64,000 nt of DNA from Alphaproteobacteria bacterium (GTDB lineage Bacteria; Pseudomonadota; Alphaproteobacteria; UBA11073). The position numbers and the translations under genes were made by a program. How positions within the stretch are numbered: the stretch's first letter is position 1; each line of letters opens with the position of its first letter. The notes beneath the pieces were generated by a model. The model had not been told where the DNA came from. It was given only the letters and a program-made list of their open reading frames with translations, and searched no databases. The stretch spans positions 7,653 to 71,652 of the forward strand of contig JABDAM010000002.1 of the NCBI GenBank assembly GCA_013289145.1, read 5' to 3'. Shown piece by piece: positions 49,348 through 57,038 of this stretch.

Positions 49348-50838
49348 TCACGCAACCAAAGCCGGTTCGGGCGGCGCTTCGCCTTTAAGGGCGGCGACAT
49401 TGGACGGATTGTGATGACGCTGCATCTTCAGGCCGCCGGGCACGAGCAGCAGCGCGACGCCGGAAATCTGTTCGCGGTGATTGCGGTCCGCGCCGAATTG
49501 GAATCGCAGCGCGCCGGTTTCGCTGCCTTTAAATTCTTTCCACCATTCTTCAGGGAACTTTACCGCGCCCTTTTCCGGCGCGATGTTCAGCAGCATGATG
49601 ATTGATGTCGCCGGGGTCTTGCCGCCCGCAGGCGTATAGTCACACTGCATCGCCGTCAGGCCCTCATGCCCCGCGATGTGAACGCGCGAAAATTCCACGG
49701 TTACGCTGGGCGGCAATTGCGAACGGATGCGATGCATTTCCGCGATGGACGGCCCCAGCGTGAATGCGCTTTTCGTATGTTTGCGATCCAGCTTCAAAGC
49801 CTTGTAAAATTCCGCATTCACCTGTTCGCGGAACGGTCCCACGTGATCTTCCACGCACCATTGATAACCGCGCGGCAGCATCACGCTGTCGTTCGTAAAA
49901 CAAGCCACCGCGTAATCGCGTAAACAGATCGCGGCGATTTTCGCATCAGCCTCAGCGCCCGCCCCATATTGCTTTCGCAATTCCGCCGCGCGCGGCTTGA
50001 AATCATGGCTATCAACAAAACCCATCGCACCATCGCGCGCGGCTACATCCATGCGGCCTTTGCGGCTGTTTTTTAATGCCGGAATATCACGATTGTCCCA
50101 CGTGCGGCCGACGTCATCATAACAAATATCGTAAACCAAGCGCGCATCAGACTCGCGCAAAGTCTCCGACATCAATTCCGCATCCTGCCCCGATAAGCCC
50201 AACGTTTCCGCCAAAATCAGCGTATCAGGCGAGCGCACGAGCGCGTGGTTCAACGCCCGCTCCCAAACCAGTTGCGGCAGCCAGTATACCGCATCGCACC
50301 GGAAGCCGCTGAAACCGATATCCAGATATTCATCAATCAAACGCAGCCAGTAACCGCTCTCGCCCAGAAAATAATTCCAGGCTTCGGCATTGTTGTAATC
50401 AATCTGCGCGATATCCGTCCAGGGATCATCCGCCGGACCCGGCACATGCAATTTGCCATCCGCATCGTGGCGAAAAAAATTCGCATGCGCCGCGACCAAG
50501 GGATGATCGATTGCGACATGATTGAAAACCAGATCCGCCAGGACGCGCATTTTCTTCGCGCGCGCCATGCGCATGAAATCGCGCAATTGATAAAAAGCCT
50601 GAACCTGGCTCAAGCCGCCGCAAAATTCTTCATTGATCGTGAAATGATCGCGGATGGCGTATAAACTGCCGGATACCTGCGCGCCGTGATAATTCTTGCT
50701 CGCCGCCGTAACCGGATGAAACGGATTCAGGTGAATGGCATTGCAACCGAGTTTTTCGGCTTCCATCAGCGCGACCGTCCACTCCGGCAAGGTGCCGAGC
50801 GAGCGCGGATTGACGCTGTAAAGAATTAAGCCAGCCAT
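49348..50838 (-). CDS. GH13 alpha-amylase-family enzyme
   Basis: GH13 regions I-IV: LADLVFNHVAIDH, GFRCDAVYWL, ILAETLG, FVDSHD. I chose the start at MAGLILYSV (50838); the ORF-track start at 51078 runs into the tRNA gene. Confidence 0.8.
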   Translation of the reverse strand: MAGLILYSVNPRSLGTLPEWTVALMEAEKLGCNAIHLNPFHPVTAASKNYHGAQVSGSLYAIRDHFTINEEFCGGLSQVQAFYQLRDFMRMARAKKMRVLADLVFNHVAIDHPLVAAHANFFRHDADGKLHVPGPADDPWTDIAQIDYNNAEAWNYFLGESGYWLRLIDEYLDIGFSGFRCDAVYWLPQLVWERALNHALVRSPDTLILAETLGLSGQDAELMSETLRESDARLVYDICYDDVGRTWDNRDIPALKNSRKGRMDVAARDGAMGFVDSHDFKPRAAELRKQYGAGAEADAKIAAICLRDYAVACFTNDSVMLPRGYQWCVEDHVGPFREQVNAEFYKALKLDRKHTKSAFTLGPSIAEMHRIRSQLPPSVTVEFSRVHIAGHEGLTAMQCDYTPAGGKTPATSIIMLLNIAPEKGAVKFPEEWWKEFKGSETGALRFQFGADRNHREQISGVALLLVPGGLKMQRHHNPSNVAALKGEAPPEPALVA

Positions 50839-51042
50839 AAGATAAGCATCCCATAAATAGGTGTGTAATTTCAAGAGGCCTTGGCCATTCCCGCACCGGT
50901 TTCTAATAAAGATTGACCCAAGGAGGCCGGATAGGCTATGAAGCCCGGTCGGTGCGCCCTCGTGGTGGAATGTCCTCCGTGCGAAGCACGGCAAATATAA
51001 GGCTACCATTCCACCCGGGAGTTGTGTAAGGAAAATATCGAG

Positions 51043-51126
51043 GCCCTCGTGGTGGAATGGTAGACGCGGTAGACTCAAAATCTATTGCCGCAAGGCGTGG
51101 GGGTTCAAGTCCCTCCGGGGGCACCA
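51043..51126 (+). tRNA. tRNA-Leu (anticodon CAA)
   Basis: Acceptor GCCCTCG/CGGGGGC, 3-bp D stem, anticodon stem GTAGA/TCTAT with loop CTCAAAA, long variable arm TGCCGCAAGGCGTG, T arm GGGGG-TTCAAGT-CCCTC, discriminator A, and encoded CCA. Confidence 0.9.
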
Positions 51127-51231
51127 AATTGAAGTTTTAGGACATCCGGTAAAATCCGGGATACCCGCAGAAAACCAAAAGAAATAACCGTTTTCTCTTC
51201 CTACACCGTCCGACGAAATCCGTTGACAGCC

Positions 51232-51290
51232 TGGGGCACAATGGGGCACATTTCAGCCTATGTGCCCCACCCGTAGCAAAATGTGCCCCA
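51232..51290. promoter_or_regulatory. Cluster of four GGGGCACA(T) motifs (two direct, two inverted) upstream of the integrase: putative arm-type sites
   Basis: tGGGGCACAatGGGGCACAT ... ATGTGCCCCa ... ATGTGCCCCa read directly. The same motif recurs at 57949-57969 and 58154-58181. Confidence 0.45.
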
Positions 51291-51291
51291 C

Positions 51292-52512
51292 ATGGCAAAA
51301 ACTGCCTCTTTAACGCAAGTTAAGATAAAAGCCGCTAAACCCAAGGCCACGCCTTACAAGTTGTATGATGCAAACGGGCTGTATGTTCAGATTCATCCCA
51401 ATGGCAGCAAATACTGGCGCTGGCGGTATCGCTTTAATGATGCAGAAAAAAAGATGGCCTTGGGCGTTTTTCCCGAAGTCAGCCTGACCGAAGCCCGCGA
51501 CAGGCGCGATGATGCCCGTCGCCTGTTACGCAGCGGTGTTGACCCTATGGCACAGAAACAAGCCATTAAGCGGGAAGCCCTCATTAACGCCGAAAACAAT
51601 TTTGAAGCCCTTGCCCGCGAATGGCATGACAAATTCCGCCAACGCTGGACGCCCGACCACGCCAGCCGCATTTTAATTTCATTGGAAAAGGATGTCTTTC
51701 CCTACATTGGAAAGCGGCCTATCGCCGAAATTGACACCCCAGAAATTATTACCGTGCTTCGCAAAGTGGAAAGCCGCGATGCATTGGATGTGGCTAAACG
51801 CATCCGCCAACGTATTGCCGCCGTTTTCACCTATGCCAAACAGACTAGCCGCGTGCGCGATAACCCTGCCCGCGATTTGGGCGGCGTGTTGAAAACCCGC
51901 AAACAACAACACCGCCTTGCGATTAAGCAGGATGAATTGCCGGAATTTCTAAAAGCCGTTGAAAATTATCAGGGTGATATTGTCACACGGCTGGCATTGC
52001 AATTTATGGTTTTGACTTTCGTCCGTACCAAAGAACTGTTGGGCGCCCGGTGGGATGAAATTGATTGGAAAGCAAAAATCTGGCGCGTCCCAGCCGAACG
52101 CATGAAAGTGCGCGAACCTCATATTGTCCCGCTGTGCAAACAGGCCATCACCATTTTGGAAGAAATAAAATCCCTGACTGGTGACTATGATTATATTTTT
52201 GCTTCCCGCACAGGTAAAACCTTATCCACCGGCACAATGATTTACGCCGTGTACCGCATGGGATTCCATAGTCGCGCCACCGTGCATGGCTTGCGCGGCA
52301 CCGCCAGCACAATCCTGAATGAAAACGGCTTCAACCCTGATGTAATTGAACGCCAACTTGCCCACCGTCCTGGCAATGAAGTCCGCGCAGCATATAACAG
52401 TGCCGAATATCTGCCTGAACGCCATAAAATGATGGCTTGGTGGGGAGAATATCTGAGAAAAGTATCTAGTAAAATCGAACCAACAACTGGAAAACAACGC
52501 AAAGGGGGTTAA
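51292..52512 (+). CDS. int: Tyrosine integrase, P4/CP4-57 type (DUF4102 N-terminus)
   Basis: YKLYDANGLYVQIHPNGSKYWRWRYRF...KKMALGVFPEVSLTEARDRRDDARRLL, catalytic region HGLRGTAST...ERQLAH...AYN. It lies directly 3' of the tRNA-Leu gene. Confidence 0.9.
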   Translation: MAKTASLTQVKIKAAKPKATPYKLYDANGLYVQIHPNGSKYWRWRYRFNDAEKKMALGVFPEVSLTEARDRRDDARRLLRSGVDPMAQKQAIKREALINAENNFEALAREWHDKFRQRWTPDHASRILISLEKDVFPYIGKRPIAEIDTPEIITVLRKVESRDALDVAKRIRQRIAAVFTYAKQTSRVRDNPARDLGGVLKTRKQQHRLAIKQDELPEFLKAVENYQGDIVTRLALQFMVLTFVRTKELLGARWDEIDWKAKIWRVPAERMKVREPHIVPLCKQAITILEEIKSLTGDYDYIFASRTGKTLSTGTMIYAVYRMGFHSRATVHGLRGTASTILNENGFNPDVIERQLAHRPGNEVRAAYNSAEYLPERHKMMAWWGEYLRKVSSKIEPTTGKQRKGG

Positions 52513-52520
52513 GAGGCACC

Positions 52521-53159
52521 ATGGATTTAACAGACTTTGAACTAGACTCGATGGATTATTGGCGGCTTTGTGATGAAGTTTCAGTTATACAAGCTATTCT
52601 TCTGCTGCTGGGTCATGACCCTGCGGGAAAATATAAATGGGCTGATGGCGATAGCAACAAGCGTCCCATAGGATATGATGCAGTTTCAGCCGCATTAAAA
52701 AATGCAATAATGTCAAAAACGCTTCCGGCAATTGAAGTGCCTATTGCTTATGATGCACACAATGAATTTTTTAATCCGGGTCCGTCCGACTTAATCAATT
52801 GGCATGAAACTAGGGTAAATATAATAGACTTAAAGACGTGGCTCTCTAATAGAGGAGTTAAATCAGGCTTTTTCTTTCCTGACAGTAAAAATATTCCAGA
52901 TTATCTGGACCCTAATAATCCATATTACGCTCCCAAATTAGCTGCTGCTGTAAAGGCGTGGCAAGCCGTTACCATAGATGAAGATAAATTGAAGGGGAAA
53001 ACACCCAAACAGGCAATGGATAAATGGCTTCGTGAAAATGGTAGTCATTACGGACTAACAAAAGACGAAGATGGTAGTCCTAACGAGCAAGGCATTGAAG
53101 ATGTATCCAAAATCGCAAATTGGAATACTAAGGGTGGCGCGCCTAAAACCCCTGGGTGA
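52521..53159 (+). CDS. Hypothetical island protein
   Basis: 212-aa AT-rich ORF 8 nt after int. The C-terminal KTPKQAMDKWLRENGSHYGLTKDEDGSPNEQGIEDVSKIANWNTKGGAPKTPG looks like a segment I associate with integrase-adjacent genes, but I cannot name a family. Confidence 0.5.
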   Translation: MDLTDFELDSMDYWRLCDEVSVIQAILLLLGHDPAGKYKWADGDSNKRPIGYDAVSAALKNAIMSKTLPAIEVPIAYDAHNEFFNPGPSDLINWHETRVNIIDLKTWLSNRGVKSGFFFPDSKNIPDYLDPNNPYYAPKLAAAVKAWQAVTIDEDKLKGKTPKQAMDKWLRENGSHYGLTKDEDGSPNEQGIEDVSKIANWNTKGGAPKTPG

Positions 53160-53364
53160 GTTATGCCAACCCGCCCACCTATTAAAAATAACTGAATTAT
53201 CAGTGTTTTTTTATGAACTATGCTGCGTTATCTGTTCAGGTCCTAAAAAAACCATAGGTAAGGTTACCAAATTTTAGGGATAAGTTTTCGTAACTTACCC
53301 ATCAATCTTCGCAAAAAAAATCGTGTCCTAATCCTTCCAGCATAACTCTGGAAAGGACGAAGAC

Positions 53365-53568
53365 ATGCAAAGCAATCCGAATACAAAAATCTTGCGCTTA
53401 CGGGAGGTTTTATCTCGCACCGGATTAAGTCGCAGCACAATTTATGAAATAGTCGGCAAGGGTACATTCCCCAAACCTATTAATCTTGCGCCGCGGGCGG
53501 TGGGATGGCTGGAATCTGAAATTGACACCTGGATTGCTGAACGCATTGCGGCCAGCCGCAGCAAATAG
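53365..53568 (+). CDS. alpA: AlpA family transcriptional regulator / excisionase-like HTH
   Basis: ILRLREVLSRTGLSRSTIYEIVGKGTFPKPINLAPRAVGWLESEIDTWI is the AlpA (prophage CP4-57 regulatory) signature. Confidence 0.8.
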   Translation: MQSNPNTKILRLREVLSRTGLSRSTIYEIVGKGTFPKPINLAPRAVGWLESEIDTWIAERIAASRSK

Positions 53569-53580
53569 ACACTTAGCACT

Positions 53581-54060
53581 ATGGGTCAGAAATTCCCCAA
53601 TCCGCGTTTGTTTAAGGTGAATTGGAATTACACCGTGGCGGATGCCGTCCGTTGCGCGAAAGTTCACGAAAACACCATCCGTAATTGGATAAAATGGGGA
53701 TTAAAGCCAATTGATAATAATCGCCCTATGCTGATTACAGGTGCCGAATTTATCAGGTTCTTAACGCAACAACGCGCCGCCAGAAAACGACCCTGCCAGC
53801 CGCACGAACTTTATTGCCTCCGCTGCCGCAAGCCGCAACGCCCGGCGGGCGATATGGCCGATTATTTGTACACCGCCCCAAATCGCGGTTGCCTGACAGC
53901 TATTTGTCCCGGCTGTGACGGGATGCTGAACAAACGAATGTCACCGTCTGACCTGCCCGCTGTTAAAGCTATTTTGAACATTTCTGAGCAACGTCATGAA
54001 CCACACATAGATGACCGTTCAACCCCTAGTCTGAATTGTAACTTCGAAAGGAAAAGATAA
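53581..54060 (+). CDS. HTH (excisionase/MerR-like) + Cys4 zinc-ribbon protein
   Basis: YTVADAVRCAKVHENTIRNWIKWGL is HTH-like. CLRC...CPGC gives four cysteines. The stop overlaps the next start (TAATG). Confidence 0.5.
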   Translation: MGQKFPNPRLFKVNWNYTVADAVRCAKVHENTIRNWIKWGLKPIDNNRPMLITGAEFIRFLTQQRAARKRPCQPHELYCLRCRKPQRPAGDMADYLYTAPNRGCLTAICPGCDGMLNKRMSPSDLPAVKAILNISEQRHEPHIDDRSTPSLNCNFERKR

Positions 54061-55097
54061 TGGCTCCGAAATACAACCCGCAGAACGAGCGCATTAAGCG
54101 CGAATATATGGAACATTTACGCCACGCCAAACGGCTAAGTGACCCCACCATTGATGGTGTTCTGAAATCCATACGGCGGTTTGAAGAATATACGGGGTTT
54201 AAGGATTTCAAACAATTTACTCGGCATCAGGCCATGAACTTTGTCCGTGACCTGCCCGAAACGCCCAATGCACGAGGCAATGGCGTTTTAAGTCGCCCCA
54301 CCGTCTATACAACCCTCATACAGTTGCGGACATTTTTTATCTGGCTGGCAGGAAAGCCAGGATATAAATCGCGTTTTGTATATTCGGATGCCGATTATTT
54401 TAACCTGACAGAAAAACAGGCGCGTATGGCAAAGGCTCCGCGTATGCAGCGCCAGCCGACGATGGAGCAGATTACCGCCGTGGTGCAATCTATCACGCCC
54501 GCCACCGATTTTGACCGCCGTGACCAGGCACTAATTGCTTTTGCGATTTTGACAGGTGCGCGGGATGGCGCACTGGCATCCATAAAACTGCGGCATGTGG
54601 ATTTGGAGCAAAGGCTGCTTTACCAAGATGCACGCGACGTCAAAACCAAGAATAGCAAAACCATCCCGACGTTCTTTTTCCCCATCGGCGGAGTTTTTGA
54701 ACAGATTGTCGTGGATTATATAGCATACCTGAAAAAAGATCGGTTGTGGGGTATGGATGACCCGTTATTCCCGGCCACCAAAATGGCAGTCGGTGAAAGC
54801 GGTGGGTTTGCAGCAGCAGGTTTTGACCGTCGGCATTGGACAACGGCCAGCCCCATTCGGGATATTTTCAAGAAACGCTTTGCTGGGGCGGGATTGCCTT
54901 ATTACAAGCCGCATACTTTCCGGCGTACGCTGGTGTTGTTAGGTGAAAAAATCTGCAAATCACCGGAAGAGTTTAAGGCATGGTCGCAAAACATCGGTCA
55001 CGACCATGTTTCCACGACCTTTAACAGTTACGGGAATATCGGCATGAACCGACAGGGAGAAATTATGCAGCAGCTTGGAAGTAATATCAGGATATAA
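54060..55097 (+). CDS. Tyrosine recombinase / site-specific integrase (second one on the island)
   Basis: Catalytic residues are in the expected order: TGARDGAL (R), HTFRRTL (HxxR), GHDHVSTTFNSYG (H...Y). Confidence 0.8.
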   Translation: MAPKYNPQNERIKREYMEHLRHAKRLSDPTIDGVLKSIRRFEEYTGFKDFKQFTRHQAMNFVRDLPETPNARGNGVLSRPTVYTTLIQLRTFFIWLAGKPGYKSRFVYSDADYFNLTEKQARMAKAPRMQRQPTMEQITAVVQSITPATDFDRRDQALIAFAILTGARDGALASIKLRHVDLEQRLLYQDARDVKTKNSKTIPTFFFPIGGVFEQIVVDYIAYLKKDRLWGMDDPLFPATKMAVGESGGFAAAGFDRRHWTTASPIRDIFKKRFAGAGLPYYKPHTFRRTLVLLGEKICKSPEEFKAWSQNIGHDHVSTTFNSYGNIGMNRQGEIMQQLGSNIRI

Positions 55098-55110
55098 ATC
55101 TAAGTTTAGA

Positions 55111-55140
55111 AAAATCAGGTGATTTGCACCACCTGATTTT
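55111..55140. terminator. Bidirectional hairpin terminator between convergent genes
   Basis: aaaATCAGGTGatttgcacCACCTGATttt: an 8-bp perfect stem with flanking A/T runs. Confidence 0.55.
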
Positions 55141-55165
55141 ATCACCCAATTTTAATGATGAATGA

Positions 55166-55369
55166 TTAATGTTTAAACCATTCGCTGTTATTAATGTGAA
55201 AGGCAGCTCTTACCAATTCAAATCTTGGATGATTTCCACAATGATTACATGGGGGAAAACGTTTTCCCTTAATCACGGTAACCTCATGCTCTTGTGTGTG
55301 ACGCCTATCATGAATAACTTTGTAAATACCTGACCTTGGTACCTCATCTCCTGGTTTATATTGAGCCAT
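55166..55369 (-). CDS. Small hypothetical protein (67 aa) with CxxC
   Basis: Start MAQYKPGDEVPRSGIYKV is preceded by AAGGAGAAGCT. The sequence contains PPCNHCG. The longer ORF-track start lacks an RBS. Confidence 0.5.
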   Translation of the reverse strand: MAQYKPGDEVPRSGIYKVIHDRRHTQEHEVTVIKGKRFPPCNHCGNHPRFELVRAAFHINNSEWFKH

Positions 55370-55691
55370 AGCTTCTCCTTTCCCGGAATCCGGGTTGTTA
55401 AGAAAGTAATTGGCTTGACTGGGAAGGCACACATTCGATAGAATATGAGTCTGAACTGGATACGCAGCCAATTACGATGATGCGTGTCTAAAGGAACGCT
55501 CCCCTGGCCTGCAAAGTTTTGGGGGGCTTTTCTTTATCAGCAGATAAAATAACATACCTTGTTATGCTTATGCAATAAAAAACGTTTCGAATCAGTGGGT
55601 TAGTGATTCGTTAAGTGTTTAAATAATCCCCTTCCCTCTTTCTAATTTCCAAGTAGACTACGCATGTCATTCACCCATTTGGGCGAGTGAT

Positions 55692-55898
55692 GGGGCGTAG
55701 TAACCCCTTGTCATAGCGGTTGGCACAACCGCATTGGTGCCGTTCCTAAACAGACTGGCATCAGAGTGCCGCTTCTCAGCTTTGGCTGGGGAGCGGTGGT
55801 GTATGTCCAGCCCGCAAGGGTAAAGGCCATCGCGCCGTTTTCTATGACAACGGTTACTAATCCCCAGTCGCCAGAGTGGACACTTTGGCGGCTTTTTT
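55692..55898 (+). promoter_or_regulatory. Candidate structured 5' leader / cis-regulatory RNA ending in an intrinsic terminator
   Basis: 55692-55716 (ggggcgtagtaaccccttgtcatag) pairs with 55842-55865 (ctatgacaacggttactaatcccc), enclosing GC-rich local hairpins that include a GCAA-capped stem. It ends with the stem cgccagag/ctttggcg plus gcttttttc at 55869-55898, 25 nt before the OMP start. Confidence 0.3.
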
Positions 55899-55922
55899 CT
55901 TATCAACCTTGGGGGAAAACCG

Positions 55923-56564
55923 ATGAATAAAATTTACTCACTGGCGTTTGTAGCCGCCTTGTTGGCTGTCACCACTGCCACAGCACACGCAGACGATTGG
56001 ACAACCAATCTGCGTCCTTATGTGGGCGCTGATTATCAATTCACTCACCTGAAATACAATAATGATTATGGGGTTGGTGGCGGCTTGGCACTAGACGGCA
56101 ATACGATTTTAGAACGTGGCCTGAACGGCGGCAATGTTCACGTAGGCGTGCGCCCGGCGCAGTATTGGGGCGCAGAGTTGGGTTATTTTGACACTACGAA
56201 TGAAAGCAAAAATATCGCCGCTGGGACGACGGTTGGACCCGGCACGGTTGCCTTGGTGCCACTGACAGGCAAAGTGCAAATGCATGGCGCAACGCTGGAT
56301 GCGATGGGCTACCTGCCTGTGATTGCCAACCGGGTTGATTTAATCGCCACCACCGGGCTTGCATGGGACCATATTAAAGCGGGCTTTGGTGGCCTCGGCA
56401 GCGTCAGCAAAAGTGAGATTGATTGGCGGATTGGTGGCGGCGCGCAGGTGAATTTATTACCCAATTTGAATCTGCGCGGTCTGGTGCGTTACCAAACGGC
56501 GGATTTCAAAAACATCGCCGATAGCGCGTGGGTTTACACCGCCGGGCTAAATTACAGTTTTTAA
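55923..56564 (+). CDS. Outer-membrane beta-barrel protein (OMP_b-brl / Omp25-like)
   Basis: Signal peptide MNKIYSLAFVAALLAVTTATAHA, alternating-hydrophobicity strands, and the C-terminal signature GLNYSF. Confidence 0.75.
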   Translation: MNKIYSLAFVAALLAVTTATAHADDWTTNLRPYVGADYQFTHLKYNNDYGVGGGLALDGNTILERGLNGGNVHVGVRPAQYWGAELGYFDTTNESKNIAAGTTVGPGTVALVPLTGKVQMHGATLDAMGYLPVIANRVDLIATTGLAWDHIKAGFGGLGSVSKSEIDWRIGGGAQVNLLPNLNLRGLVRYQTADFKNIADSAWVYTAGLNYSF

Positions 56565-56573
56565 TTTTCTTCA

Positions 56574-56606
56574 CCGCCGCCAGTCAAAAGCTGGCGGCTT
56601 TTCTTT
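56574..56606 (+). terminator. Rho-independent terminator after the OMP gene
   Basis: CCGCCAGtcaaaagCTGGCGG followed by cttttcttt. Confidence 0.6.
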
Positions 56607-56630
56607 CCCATCAAACCAAGAAGCAAAACC

Positions 56631-57017
56631 ATGCGCATTATCTCTATTATCGGCCTCGTAGCCCTTGGCGGCTGCATTACCGCCTGTTCCAGCATTATTG
56701 AGGGACGTACTCAGCAGATTGTCATTAATACCAATCCGCCCGGCGCAAGCTGCCAGTTAGTCCGCAATGGCGCGACTATCGCCACCGTTATTGATACTCC
56801 CAGCGGCGTGAATGTGGACAAAACAAAATACGATATTGAGATTAGATGCAACAAACGCGGCTATCAACAAGCTACTTACCTAAACCATTCCGGTACGGCG
56901 GGTGCGACGGTTGGCAACATTATTCTTGGTGGCGGCATCGGTTGGGCAATCGACTCTGCTTCTGGCGCCGACAATAAATACGACAGTCCAGTGAATATCA
57001 CGCTGGCTAAAAAGTAA
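56631..57017 (+). CDS. Lipoprotein with PEGA-like domain
   Basis: Lipobox LGGC in MRIISIIGLVALGGCITAC. INTNPPGASCQLVRNG resembles a PEGA domain, and the C-terminus is Gly-rich. Confidence 0.6.
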   Translation: MRIISIIGLVALGGCITACSSIIEGRTQQIVINTNPPGASCQLVRNGATIATVIDTPSGVNVDKTKYDIEIRCNKRGYQQATYLNHSGTAGATVGNIILGGGIGWAIDSASGADNKYDSPVNITLAKK

Positions 57018-57038
57018 ACAAGTTTTGAAAAAGGGATG

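Noticed and set aside
50839-51078. N-terminal 80-codon extension of the GH13 ORF as given in the ORF track
   Set aside because: The extension runs antisense through the tRNA-Leu gene and the tRNA-fragment hairpin. The GH13 domain begins after the internal Met at 50838.
55692-55865. Invertible promoter (fimS-like switch) interpretation of the 24-bp inverted repeats
   Set aside because: This is not dismissed outright. It is ranked below the RNA-leader reading because I see no sigma-70-like hexamers in either orientation inside the segment, and a canonical terminator follows it on the OMP strand.
55667-55906. 79-aa minus-strand ORF inside the structured leader region
   Set aside because: It coincides with the GC-rich helices, has no RBS, and has an Arg/Pro/Cys/His-rich composition. 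It is more likely a by-product of RNA or DNA structure.
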